64,000 nucleotides of DNA from the NCBI GenBank assembly GCA_045591115.1, contig JAZNSH010000006.1:27874-91873 (forward strand). The letters run 5' to 3'. Both the position numbers and the translations under genes were made by a program. The first letter of the stretch is position 1, and each line of letters starts with the position of its first letter. Origin of the DNA: Clostridia bacterium. Lineage in GTDB: Bacteria > Bacillota > Clostridia > Christensenellales > QALW01. Positions 1 to 9,017 of the stretch are shown here, in pieces. A model generated the notes under the pieces. It was not told where the DNA came from, did not search any database, and was given only the letters and a program-made list of their open reading frames with translations.

Positions 1-1
1 C

Positions 2-826
2 GGAATAGATGACCTTTCTTTTGCAACAGATCCTATTTCAGGAGGAGATAAGTTGCACGAAGAAGAGGAACTTGCTTATCACGAGTTTTCGAAATCTAAA
101 AACTGTGATACTTGGATTAAACAGGGATATGGTCTTACAGAAAGTATGGCCGGTGTAATATACTCTATAAAACCTGCACTCAAGAAAGGTAGTATAGGCA
201 TACCTTTGAAGTATGCTGAAATAGGTGTATTTGATTATATGCCCTACGACGAATTTGATCCTGAAAAGTTAGAAGAAAAGAAGTATGGAGAAATTGGGGA
301 ACTCTGCATCTCCGGTCCTACTGTGATGAAGGGGTATATCAAGAACCCTAACGAAACGAAGAAAATGCTTCGCGTACATAAAGATGGTAAGGTATGGCTG
401 CATACAGACGATTTATGTTATATGGATGAAGATGGCCGAGTTTATCATTGCGGTCGAGCGAAACGAATGCTTACACGAAGTGGTGGCAAAGTTTGGCTTG
501 GAACTATTGAAGACACTATAAAATCTCATTCTTTAATTAACGATTGTTGTTGTGTCAAATACGATGACCCAGAAGAAAGAGAAGTGCCTGTTGCCCATAT
601 TGTATTTGAAAATGACAAATATTCTGATGCTATTATAAACGAATTAGATTCATTAATAAGAAGCAAATGTCCCGAAATATATATTCCGAAGTATTATGTT
701 ATAAGAAAAGACATTCCTGTTACAGAAGTTAATAAAAAAGTGGATTTTAAAACTCTGGAAAATGAGAATATATTTGACACATCTAATCATAAAATATTAG
801 ATAGGATGATTATGGTCAAAGAGTAA
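2..826 (+). CDS. AMP-dependent synthetase/ligase (acyl-CoA synthetase family), C-terminal part, 5'-truncated by window edge
   Basis: Frame open from base 2; motifs QGYGLTE, GELCISGPTVMKGY, WLHTDD, GRAKRML. Confidence 0.85.
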   Translation, partial: GIDDLSFATDPISGGDKLHEEEELAYHEFSKSKNCDTWIKQGYGLTESMAGVIYSIKPALKKGSIGIPLKYAEIGVFDYMPYDEFDPEKLEEKKYGEIGELCISGPTVMKGYIKNPNETKKMLRVHKDGKVWLHTDDLCYMDEDGRVYHCGRAKRMLTRSGGKVWLGTIEDTIKSHSLINDCCCVKYDDPEEREVPVAHIVFENDKYSDAIINELDSLIRSKCPEIYIPKYYVIRKDIPVTEVNKKVDFKTLENENIFDTSNHKILDRMIMVKE

Positions 827-946
827 TTTTTCTACATTAAATAATCCTCCTTTACACCACTATTATCTCTAACGAAGCAAACGAAAACAACATAATGCCA
901 TCGACAACGGTGTAACACAAGATAATACTTTAATCTTAAAAATCCA

Positions 947-988
947 CTAAGCGGTAGGTCGGGTGTTCGAATCACCTCGGGAACGCCA
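947..988 (+). mobile_element. 3' half of a tRNA (probably Arg, CCT or TCT anticodon); putative att direct repeat of an integrated element
   Basis: CTAA-GCGGT-AGGTC-GGGTG-TTCGAAT-CACCT-CGGGAAC-G-CCA gives anticodon-loop end, variable loop, T-arm, acceptor 3' strand and CCA; no D-arm or 5' acceptor strand upstream. Confidence 0.8.
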
Positions 989-1014
989 AAGGCACTGAAA
1001 AATCAGTGCCTTTT
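988..1014. terminator. Bidirectional intrinsic terminator
   Basis: AAAGGCACTGA-AAAA-TCAGTGCCTTTT hairpin with A/T flanks. Confidence 0.85.
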
Positions 1015-1771
1015 ATTTTTTATAGGTATTTGCTTTCAAATATGTTTCAAACTCAGCTTTTGTTCCGCAAAAAACATTCATATCGATATACTCTTCGCGT
1101 CCGCTATAGCCTTTTAGCTTTTCACGGTTGGTATATTGCCAAAAAGTCCAGGATCTGCCGTCAGAAAGATTAGGTTTTGTTATGACATTGCGTATCCATA
1201 TATCATAATCTTTATAATCATCGGAAAGATAGTATTCATAGGATTTCTCCGTAGCATAAATAATAGGTTTTTGGTTATAATGCTCCTCTAATTTTTTAAT
1301 TAAAGCTTTTAACTTTATTTCAACATCATTTCTGTCAGGAGGATTTTGTTCTTTATCGCCATAAAACTCAACATCGATAACGGGAGGTAACATTCCATCA
1401 AATGGCTCAACGTTTTTGATAAAATTTTCTGCCTGTGTTTCTCCACTACTGTCAAAACTAAAAAAATGATATGCGCCGACGCAAAGTGAAGTTTTTCTTG
1501 CTTCACTAAAATTATACTTAAAATTTTTGTCTGCAAAATTACTGCCTTCCGTTGCTTTAATAAAGGCAAAAGAAATGTTCTCTTTTGAAAGCTCTTGCCA
1601 ATTTATTTCTCCCTGATAGGAAGAAACGTCTATGCCCTTTACAGGATATTTTTTTGCTGAAAAGCCATTTAATATTATATGCCCGTTCCACACTAAATAA
1701 AAAAACAAAGCACAAAGTATTACGGCGACCAAAAGAATCGTTAATATTATCTTTACCTTTTTATTTTCCAT
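1013..1771 (-). CDS. GH25 lysozyme/muramidase with N-terminal membrane anchor
   Basis: GIDVSSYQG, FAFIKATEG, GAYHFF, DVE, WTFWQY, DMNVF motifs. Confidence 0.9.
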   Translation of the reverse strand: MENKKVKIILTILLVAVILCALFFYLVWNGHIILNGFSAKKYPVKGIDVSSYQGEINWQELSKENISFAFIKATEGSNFADKNFKYNFSEARKTSLCVGAYHFFSFDSSGETQAENFIKNVEPFDGMLPPVIDVEFYGDKEQNPPDRNDVEIKLKALIKKLEEHYNQKPIIYATEKSYEYYLSDDYKDYDIWIRNVITKPNLSDGRSWTFWQYTNREKLKGYSGREEYIDMNVFCGTKAEFETYLKANTYKK

Positions 1772-1895
1772 AGCATTCTCCTTTCAAAAGAATTATAACA
1801 TAAAAAAATTTTTTATGCAATCAGGCAAAAAATTTACACTTTATTATTGTTTTAAAAATTAAATTGTGCTATAATTTTTTTATTAAGTTCAAGGA

Positions 1896-2807
1896 GTGTT
1901 AAAAATGTTTAAGGACAGAGATATCATTTGTTTTTTAGGTGATAGTATTACATCAAACGGAATGTGGATTGCCGAAATCTATCAGTTATTAAGAAAAAAG
2001 TATCAGATTAAATGTTATAACTGCGGTGTTTCCGGCGGAATGACCATTAGAGCGCAGAAATTCATTTACGCTAACTGTCTTTGCTATAATCCTGATTACG
2101 TCGTAACTATGTTTGGCATAAACGATATAGCAAGATGGTGGTATTCAAAAAATGCCGAAAATGTTCAAAACAGACAAGAACTTCTCGACAAAGCTTTATA
2201 TGATCACAAGATTGCTTACGAAAATATTATAAATAAAATTTTCGCATCCGGTGCAAAGCCTATTATCTGCACCCCACCTCCCTACGACGAGATTAGTGAT
2301 TCAGCAGAAGAAAACTTAAAATGCCAATTCAGAATGGATGAAGCAGTTTCGTTCCAGAAAGAGCTTGCAAAAAAATATAATATTCCCGTTGTTGATTTTT
2401 CAGAATTTATGAAACCTATGCTCAAGACTCATACTTTAATCAATCCCGACAGAGTTCATCCTAATGAATTTGGACACCACGTTATGGCTCAGGTCTTTTT
2501 AAAGGATATTGGTGAAAAAGACGATTTTGATCTTGAAACTCCCTTCGTTATGGAAGAGTGGAATCAAAAACGCAAAGCTGCAGAAGCTTATTATAAGCCA
2601 ATGGATTACGTTGAATTCTGTGATATATTTGATTTAGGTTGGGCTCAAAACAAAACAAACAACGAAAAACGTGAAATTGTAAAAGAACGTTATGATAAAT
2701 GGGAAAATAAAAACGATTATATTCCCACAGCTTATAAATTCTATATGGACAATATAGATTTTAGACAAAAACTCATTGGCGATGTTGTGGAACTTACGAT
2801 TTTTTAA
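1896..2807 (+). CDS. SGNH/GDSL hydrolase family esterase
   Basis: FLGDSIT, NCGVSG, FGIND, DRVHP blocks. Confidence 0.85.
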   Translation: MLKMFKDRDIICFLGDSITSNGMWIAEIYQLLRKKYQIKCYNCGVSGGMTIRAQKFIYANCLCYNPDYVVTMFGINDIARWWYSKNAENVQNRQELLDKALYDHKIAYENIINKIFASGAKPIICTPPPYDEISDSAEENLKCQFRMDEAVSFQKELAKKYNIPVVDFSEFMKPMLKTHTLINPDRVHPNEFGHHVMAQVFLKDIGEKDDFDLETPFVMEEWNQKRKAAEAYYKPMDYVEFCDIFDLGWAQNKTNNEKREIVKERYDKWENKNDYIPTAYKFYMDNIDFRQKLIGDVVELTIF

Positions 2808-2898
2808 CAGCCTTATTTATTTGAACAAGACACATTGCAAAAACGCCGGCAACTCCGCCAACCATAATACCTAATATAAATAAAAAAATACCAAGCAT
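2794..2898 (-). CDS. 34-aa single-TM peptide (DUF3789-like), absent from ORF track
   Basis: AAAGGAG RBS 7 nt before ATG; MLGIFLFILGIMVGGVAGVFAMCLVQINKAVKKS. Confidence 0.6.
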   Translation of the reverse strand: MLGIFLFILGIMVGGVAGVFAMCLVQINKAVKKS

Positions 2899-2921
2899 AG
2901 GAATTCTCCTTTCTTGGTATT
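2881..2921 (-). terminator. Intrinsic terminator after the alpha/beta hydrolase, overlapping the small-ORF RBS and start
   Basis: Minus strand ATACCAAG...CTTGGTAT stem followed by a T-run. Confidence 0.6.
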
Positions 2922-2943
2922 ATTTTTTGTCTTTTTGAAAATT

Positions 2944-3888
2944 TTATTCAAAATAGTTTAAATCGTCATTCAAAACTGCCTTTTTAAAATCATTAACCGT
3001 TTTTTCATAACCTTCAGCATCAAGAATAAAGCTGAGTCCGTGACCTGCAGCCTTTACACTGAAAAGCTTTTTGGGACTTGTGCAGGCATCATAGATCGGC
3101 TTACTCATTGAAAACGGAACAAAGCGGTCATCCTCTCCGTGGATGATAAGAATCGGCACCTTTGCATTTTTTACTGCTTTCTCAGGACTTGTTTCCGTCC
3201 AATTAAATCTTGCAAAAAGTCTTGCGCTTAAAGCAATAAAGGGAGCTGAAAGTTTTTTGGGAAAACCCATTTTTTTGCTTTCAAGCAAGATAATTTCCTT
3301 AGGCGAAGAATATCCGCAATCGGCAATAATACCCTTCACATTTTTAGGCAGATCAAGATCGCTTGCCATAAGCACCGTTGCCGCGCCCATTGAAATACCC
3401 GAAATAATAATTTTCGGATCATTAAGCTTTTGTGATATAAATTTTATCCACTGAAGACAATCGTATCTTTCCTTAACACCAAAGGTGATTGAGTTGCCTC
3501 CGCTTTTTCCGTGGGCACGGTGATCAGGCAAAAGAACGTTATGTCCCAAATCACGCGAAAGCACAAAACCGCCTCCACAGTCGTTTTCAGCATTGGAGCG
3601 ATAGCCGTGGAAAATTATATCAACGGGTGCTCCATCCTTAAAATGATAGTATTTGCCTTTCAAAACAGTACCATCAAAGGAGACTGTTTCAACGCTCTCA
3701 TACTTTGCATTTTTAACCTCTATGCAGTACGCTTCAAGCTTATCACTTAAAAGGCGGTGTTGTTCGCCCAAATCAACCTTTCTGCTTCTTTTACGTGGCG
3801 GATTATAGAAAGCCGTATCAAAAATGTACACCAAGAAAACTAAAAAAACTAAAATCAGAATTGAGACCGTTATAATAACATAGATCAT
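2944..3888 (-). CDS. Membrane-anchored alpha/beta hydrolase (YqkD-like)
   Basis: HGY, DHRAHGKS, GISMG nucleophile elbow, IHGEDD, AGHG. Confidence 0.85.
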   Translation of the reverse strand: MIYVIITVSILILVFLVFLVYIFDTAFYNPPRKRSRKVDLGEQHRLLSDKLEAYCIEVKNAKYESVETVSFDGTVLKGKYYHFKDGAPVDIIFHGYRSNAENDCGGGFVLSRDLGHNVLLPDHRAHGKSGGNSITFGVKERYDCLQWIKFISQKLNDPKIIISGISMGAATVLMASDLDLPKNVKGIIADCGYSSPKEIILLESKKMGFPKKLSAPFIALSARLFARFNWTETSPEKAVKNAKVPILIIHGEDDRFVPFSMSKPIYDACTSPKKLFSVKAAGHGLSFILDAEGYEKTVNDFKKAVLNDDLNYFE

Positions 3889-3900
3889 ATTTTCACCGAT

Positions 3901-3930
3901 AAAAACAGGATGCCGACTTTGCCGACATCC
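3901..3930 (-). terminator. Putative intrinsic terminator after yebC
   Basis: GGATGTCGGC-AAA-GTCGGCATCC-TGTTTTT on minus strand. Confidence 0.55.
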
Positions 3931-3936
3931 GAAATA

Positions 3937-4683
3937 TTATTCTTCTTCCTCTTCTTCAGGAAGTTCAGCATTGTGGTAAACGTTCTGAACATCATCGTGA
4001 TCATCAAACTGATCGAGCATCCAATAGATCTTCTTAAGAACATCATCACCTGAAACAGCAACGGTGTTCTGGGGAACCATATCATTTGTTGCTTCGAGGA
4101 AAGCATAACCTTCATCCTCAAGTGCCTGACGAACTGCTGAGAAATCATCAGGTGAGGTATAAATTTCAAAGGTATCTTCTACGGGCGTAAAATCTTCGGC
4201 ACCGGCATCAAGAGCACTCATCATAAGTGCTTCTTCATCGATCTTGCCGTCATTTTCAATGATAATAACGCCTTTTTTATCAAACATCCAGGAAACGCAA
4301 CCTGTTGCGCCCATACTTCCGCCTGCTTTATCAAAAATGTGTCTGATCTCGCCTGCGGTACGGTTACGGTTATCAGTGAGAATTTCTACGATAACTGCAA
4401 CACCTGCAGGACCGTAGCCTTCATAAACAAGCTCCTCATAGTTTGCACCGTCGCCTTCGCCTGCAGCCTTTTTAATTGAACGTGTGATGGTATCGTTAGG
4501 CATATTGTTAGCTTTTGCTTTAGCGATAACATCAGCTAATTTTGAGTTTACTGCAGGATCAGGTCCGCCTGATTTAACTGCAACTGCCAACTCTCTGCCG
4601 ATTTTGGTAAAAATCTTACCCTTTGCGGCATCTGTTTTTGCTTTTTTATTTTTAATGTTTGCCCATTTGGAATGTCCTGACAT
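3937..4683 (-). CDS. yebC: YebC/PmpR family protein
   Basis: [11 protein letters not shown] start, [15 protein letters not shown]. Confidence 0.97.
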   Translation of the reverse strand: MSGHSKWANIKNKKAKTDAAKGKIFTKIGRELAVAVKSGGPDPAVNSKLADVIAKAKANNMPNDTITRSIKKAAGEGDGANYEELVYEGYGPAGVAVIVEILTDNRNRTAGEIRHIFDKAGGSMGATGCVSWMFDKKGVIIIENDGKIDEEALMMSALDAGAEDFTPVEDTFEIYTSPDDFSAVRQALEDEGYAFLEATNDMVPQNTVAVSGDDVLKKIYWMLDQFDDHDDVQNVYHNAELPEEEEEE

Positions 4684-4695
4684 AATATATCCTCC

Positions 4696-5463
4696 TTATT
4701 TCAAGAAAGTAAAACCGTATATCAATATGCCTGCGGCAATGGCGGCATTTAAGGATTCTGCCCCACCGCGCATAGGAAGCGTAATTATCTTATCCGAAAA
4801 ATCAAGAATTTCATCACAGATTCCATTTCCCTCATTACCGATAATTATACAACTTTTTTCACTGTTGATATCTTTTACAGAATTAAATTTTTCACCGTTA
4901 AGAGCCGCTGAATAAATGGTATAACCGTTATCCTTAAGCATTTTAAGCGTATCAATGCTCTCTTCTGAAAGCATAATCGGCACATTAAAAATAGAGCTCA
5001 TCGTCGCACGAACTGTTTTAGGATTAAAAAGCTCAACACAGTCCTTTGAAAGCACAACCGCACCTGCTCCTAAAGCATCTGCAGTACGGATTATGGTGCC
5101 AACATTTCCTGCATCCTGAAGTCTATCAAGAAAAACAACCAAGCCCTTTATCTTGTTTATATCAAAGCTAAGCTCAGGAATATAGGCTTCAGCAATTATT
5201 CCTTCAGGACTTGACGTATCCGAAAGTGCCTCTATGACTCTTCGTGAAACCTCTATGACTTCGCAATCACAGTTAACGGAAAAATCGGAGTTTTCTTCAA
5301 TAAGAATACTTTTGAATTTCACGTTATGCTCAACAGCATCTAAAACAGCACGTTTACCTTCAATAAGATATAAGCCGTTTTCCGCTCTGCCCTTTTTGCT
5401 CTTAAGGGTTTTTAAAAATTTAATTCTGTCGTTTGACGTACTTGTTATTTTAATCATAATCAT
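4696..5463 (-). CDS. TrmH/SpoU family RNA 2'-O-methyltransferase
   Basis: LQDAGNVGTIIRTA, IGNEGNG, AESLNAA SPOUT motifs; usual position after rplT. Confidence 0.9.
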   Translation of the reverse strand: MIMIKITSTSNDRIKFLKTLKSKKGRAENGLYLIEGKRAVLDAVEHNVKFKSILIEENSDFSVNCDCEVIEVSRRVIEALSDTSSPEGIIAEAYIPELSFDINKIKGLVVFLDRLQDAGNVGTIIRTADALGAGAVVLSKDCVELFNPKTVRATMSSIFNVPIMLSEESIDTLKMLKDNGYTIYSAALNGEKFNSVKDINSEKSCIIIGNEGNGICDEILDFSDKIITLPMRGGAESLNAAIAAGILIYGFTFLK

Positions 5464-5466
5464 TAT

Positions 5467-5508
5467 AAAAAAGTGTGCAATGAAATATTACATTGCACAC
5501 AACTTTTT
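5467..5508 (-). terminator. Intrinsic terminator after rplT
   Basis: GTGTGCAATG...CATTGCACAC stem with T-run. Confidence 0.75.
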
Positions 5509-5509
5509 A

Positions 5510-5860
5510 TTAAAGGTTCTTCTTAGCAATTTCTGCAAGCTGTGCAAATGCTTCTGCATTATATACTGCAAGCTCGGCAAGCATCTTACGGTTGATTTCG
5601 ATCTCTGCCTTCTTAAGACCGCAGATAAGCTTGCTGTAGTTAAGACCGTTAAGTCTTGCAGCAGCATTGATACGTGTGATCCAAAGTGCACGGAAATCTC
5701 TCTTTCTAAGCTTACGGCCAACGTATGCATAAGCTTGTGACTTCATAACAGCCTGGTTAGCGATACGGAACTGTCTTGACTTAGCGCCAAAGTAGCCCTT
5801 AGCAAGCTTTAAGACCTTTTTATGATTCTTCTTTGTATTAACTGCTCTTTTAATTCTCAT
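5510..5860 (-). CDS. rplT: 50S ribosomal protein L20
   Basis: [26 protein letters not shown]. Confidence 0.99.
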   Translation of the reverse strand: MRIKRAVNTKKNHKKVLKLAKGYFGAKSRQFRIANQAVMKSQAYAYVGRKLRKRDFRALWITRINAAARLNGLNYSKLICGLKKAEIEINRKMLAELAVYNAEAFAQLAEIAKKNL

Positions 5861-5879
5861 TTTTTTATCCTCCTAAAGC

Positions 5880-6077
5880 TTACTTATAAGGTATAAGAGT
5901 ACGAATATTTGCTGCTTCGCACTGGGCAATATAGCCACCCTTACGTAAATTTCTCTTTCTCTTGGTTGACTTCTTTGTTAAGATATGACTTCTGTAAGCC
6001 TTACCTCTCTTAACTTTTCCGGTTGCGGTAAGTGAAAATCTTTTAGCCGCACCTCTGTGGGTCTTCATTTTTGGCAT
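5880..6077 (-). CDS. rpmI: 50S ribosomal protein L35
   Basis: [14 protein letters not shown]. Confidence 0.99.
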   Translation of the reverse strand: MPKMKTHRGAAKRFSLTATGKVKRGKAYRSHILTKKSTKRKRNLRKGGYIAQCEAANIRTLIPYK

Positions 6078-6101
6078 AGTAATTTACCTCCTAATAAAAG
6101 T

Positions 6102-6605
6102 TTAAATTTGTGACATTATCATTATGAGATTTCTACCTTCAAGAAGAGGTTTCTTCTCAACCTTGGCAACATCATTCAACATTTCAGCAAAAAGCTGCAT
6201 AATCTGATGACCAATTTCAGGATGAGTTATCTGACGTGCACGGAAACGGATTGATACCTTTACCTTATCTCCTGCTGCGATAAACTCTTTTGCTTTTTTG
6301 GCTTTAACTTCCATATCGTGTTTTTCGATAGTTGCGGAAAGCTGAATTTCATGAAGCGCAATAACCTTTTGATTCTTGCGTGCTTCCTTTTCTCTTTTCT
6401 GTGCTTCAAAACGGTATTTGCCGTAATCCATAATTTTGCATACGGGTGGAACTGCTTTAGGTGAGATAAGACAAAGATCCATATCCTCTTCCGCAGCCAT
6501 TCGCATTGCCTGATCAATGGGCATTATGCCGTGCTGAGTACCATCTGAGCCTATAAGCCTGACTTCTTTTTCCCTGATTTCATCATTGATAGCTAACTCT
6601 GTAAT
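6102..6605 (-). CDS. infC: Translation initiation factor IF-3, probable ATT start
   Basis: INDEIR, PPVCKIMDYGKY; GGAGGTG RBS precedes in-frame ATT at 6605, the classic infC start. Confidence 0.97.
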   Translation of the reverse strand: MTELAINDEIREKEVRLIGSDGTQHGIMPIDQAMRMAAEEDMDLCLISPKAVPPVCKIMDYGKYRFEAQKREKEARKNQKVIALHEIQLSATIEKHDMEVKAKKAKEFIAAGDKVKVSIRFRARQITHPEIGHQIMQLFAEMLNDVAKVEKKPLLEGRNLIMIMSQI

Positions 6606-6619
6606 GTTGAACACCTCCA

Positions 6620-6741
6620 AATAAAATAATGCGGATAGCACAAAACTACCCGCACAAAATAAGCCTTACATATAATAGCCAATTTTAACCGTGTGCAGCT
6701 TAATTACTGACAGGTGAGAAGCGGGCAGCTCCTACTTTGCT
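6620..6741 (-). ncRNA. Ribosomal protein L20 leader (attenuator)
   Basis: AGTAGGAGCTGCCCGCTTCTCACCTG motif plus GTGCGGGTAG/CTATCCGCAT hairpin and T-run upstream of infC. Confidence 0.85.
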
Positions 6742-6746
6742 TGGTT

Positions 6747-6775
6747 ATGATACTACTGTTTTTAATTTTTGTCAA
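6747..6775 (-). promoter_or_regulatory. sigma-A promoter of infC operon
   Basis: TTGACA-17-TATCAT. Confidence 0.75.
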
Positions 6776-7646
6776 CTGTTTTTTCAAGTTTATTCTGAGA
6801 TTTTTTTCTTGCAATAAAAACCGAAACCGTTATAAGTGCAAGTGTCGCAATTATAAAGGCTATACCTGTTATAAGCGCGGTATATTCAAACATAAGATCA
6901 TTTACTCCGCCAATGAGCTTCAACAATACCGGTGCATCAAGCACGAGCTTTGACGGAATATCATATATCGTTATCATAAGTAACGGTATAAACACTATTG
7001 CAAGCACACAGAATATTGTTCCCAAAAGACCGTAGAAGGTATCGAAATATTTCTTTTTCTCACTGAGAACAACATTTATCGCAACAAGCACGATAAACAG
7101 TAGATATAAGAATATTTCTATATTGCCAAGAAAGCTCAGCGAACTAAAAATTCTTCCTGCAGTCGGAATAACATTAAGAACCAATCCGGGAATATACTGC
7201 AACGAGTTTACAACGCTTTTATGAACTACATCATAGATCTCCTGCAGATTTTCTTCGGAAATATCAGGCTCGAATCCGCGAATATAGTTGAAAATATAGT
7301 CCTTTAAATTGCCATCATCAAATTTGGGAGGAGCAAACTCTTTTCCGCTGTGCACTGCTTCAAAAAACGTAACCGTATAGTTTTTAGCATACTGTTTAAC
7401 ATTTTCCTTCCCTACTGCTTCTAAGACCTCTGTTCCCTGAATATCAATAACTCCACCAAAAGCATTCATCGCTGTAACAATATCATTTTCTAAAACTTCA
7501 TAAAACTCATCATCACATACTGTTTCGGCTGAAGTTTTAGCATCCGATATTCCGCTTGTGAAGCTTGTTGTGAGCAACGCAAATACCAATATACTTGCAG
7601 CAAAAACATCAATAATTCCTCGGAGAATTTTTTTGAACGTACTCAT
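6762..7646 (-). CDS. Hypothetical membrane protein (N-terminal TM, extracellular helical domain, about 3 C-terminal TMs)
   Basis: Hydrophobicity pattern; tightly coupled to the sortase gene. Confidence 0.7.
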   Translation of the reverse strand: MSTFKKILRGIIDVFAASILVFALLTTSFTSGISDAKTSAETVCDDEFYEVLENDIVTAMNAFGGVIDIQGTEVLEAVGKENVKQYAKNYTVTFFEAVHSGKEFAPPKFDDGNLKDYIFNYIRGFEPDISEENLQEIYDVVHKSVVNSLQYIPGLVLNVIPTAGRIFSSLSFLGNIEIFLYLLFIVLVAINVVLSEKKKYFDTFYGLLGTIFCVLAIVFIPLLMITIYDIPSKLVLDAPVLLKLIGGVNDLMFEYTALITGIAFIIATLALITVSVFIARKKSQNKLEKTVDKN

Positions 7647-7649
7647 ATT

Positions 7650-8369
7650 TTACCTCCACGTAGGATCGCTGAGATCCTCTACAAGAACTGCGGTTATGGC
7701 AATTCTCTGTTTTCTGTAAGGTCCCTTATTGGGATAGCAGGTATACAAGGTAAGCATATCGCCTTCATCACGGAGGACATATTGACTGTCATCAGCCTCA
7801 AAAATATCTTTTGCGGTTATCTCATAAACATATTTACCGTAAGAAGTGTTCATAACGATCTGTTCACCAAGAGGAATATCCTGAAGATAATAAAGCTGTT
7901 TCTGACGGTTTACGTGGAAAGAAAGCACGCAGTTTCCGCCCTGACCGGGTTTATCTGAAGGGAAATAGTGACCTATGCCATAATTAAGCACGGTTAAGGT
8001 GTCCCCCTCATATACGGGAATATTTTTTGCGCCAAGATAATCTATTGACATTGTTGCCCATTTTTTGCCCCATTTTATCTTTGGAAAATCATTTATATTA
8101 TAGTACACCTTTTCTTCTTCGTTTTCAGTAACCTCAACAATCACCGGAGGAGGAGTAACAAATTCAATTTCGTGCTCTATCTCTCCGTCTTCTTCATTGT
8201 CAATAACGATTTCCTCCTGAGGCTCTCTTTCGATGATAGCATTCCACAAGGGCATCGTTTCAATATAGCTTGAGAAGAAGAACATTGTTATAAGAAAAAT
8301 TACCAAACAAAACAAAAGAAAAGGCGCACAAAGTAATAGAAAATACTTTAGTACGCCATTTAACTTCAT
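7650..8369 (-). CDS. Sortase (class D-like)
   Basis: N-terminal TM; GIGHY...LSFH catalytic His region, LTLYTCYP and downstream Arg. Confidence 0.9.
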   Translation of the reverse strand: MKLNGVLKYFLLLCAPFLLFCLVIFLITMFFFSSYIETMPLWNAIIEREPQEEIVIDNEEDGEIEHEIEFVTPPPVIVEVTENEEEKVYYNINDFPKIKWGKKWATMSIDYLGAKNIPVYEGDTLTVLNYGIGHYFPSDKPGQGGNCVLSFHVNRQKQLYYLQDIPLGEQIVMNTSYGKYVYEITAKDIFEADDSQYVLRDEGDMLTLYTCYPNKGPYRKQRIAITAVLVEDLSDPTWR

Positions 8370-8384
8370 AGATTTAAACCTTAA

Positions 8385-8945
8385 TTAGCCATTAACTCTT
8401 TTACGCATTACGATAACTGCAGCGATCAAAGCGATTACAACAGCGCCACCAGCAAGGTACAAATACTCATAACCGGTTGTTGTATCTTCAACACCTGTTG
8501 CTTTAACTATACCGTCGGTATACTCAAGAGCAACGCTCTTATCGGGAGCATAAACCTTAATACCGAAGTCTGAACCGCCGGTTGAAGTCTTATAATCAGT
8601 TACTTTGTAGCTGTACTTGGTAATTGCGCAAGCCTTGTCAAGTGCTTCAAAAACCTTGTCAACCTCTGCCTTAGTATAATTTCTTGCAGCAGGACCCTTG
8701 TTTGTGGGAACAGCAGTCTTAAGATCCTCAAGGATAGGAATGAGTTTGTCAATCTGATCTGAAGTGAAGTTAGCTTCCTTGATCATTTTAACAGCGCCAT
8801 CGTGGAACTCTTTGTTGTTTGCAGCGGGGATTGCTTCCAATGCCTTAATAAGGTCATCAGTTGTTGCAGCAGAAGCTGAAACCATACTGAATGCAAAAAC
8901 TGCAATCAAAGTAAGAAGAACTACAAATTTTTTCATATAAATCAA
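8385..8945 (-). CDS. Cell-wall-anchored surface protein with VKATG sorting signal
   Basis: Signal peptide ending ASA; C-terminal VKATG, hydrophobic TM and MRKR basic tail; adjacent to sortase. Confidence 0.75.
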   Translation of the reverse strand: MIYMKKFVVLLTLIAVFAFSMVSASAATTDDLIKALEAIPAANNKEFHDGAVKMIKEANFTSDQIDKLIPILEDLKTAVPTNKGPAARNYTKAEVDKVFEALDKACAITKYSYKVTDYKTSTGGSDFGIKVYAPDKSVALEYTDGIVKATGVEDTTTGYEYLYLAGGAVVIALIAAVIVMRKRVNG

Positions 8946-8980
8946 GCCCTTTCAAAATATACTTATTTATTTTCTATTAG

Positions 8981-9009
8981 ATACTAACACAAATTTATCA
9001 GTTTGTCAA
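8981..9009 (-). promoter_or_regulatory. sigma-A promoter of surface protein-sortase operon
   Basis: TTGACA-17-TAGTAT with extended TG. Confidence 0.65.
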
Positions 9010-9017
9010 TACTTTTT

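Noticed and set aside
947-988. Intact tRNA gene
   Set aside because: Only the 3' half is present; upstream sequence cannot form a D-arm or pair with the acceptor strand
1013-1771. GH25 gene as a prophage endolysin
   Set aside because: It lies outside the att fragment, has an N-terminal membrane anchor and has no holin or phage neighbours
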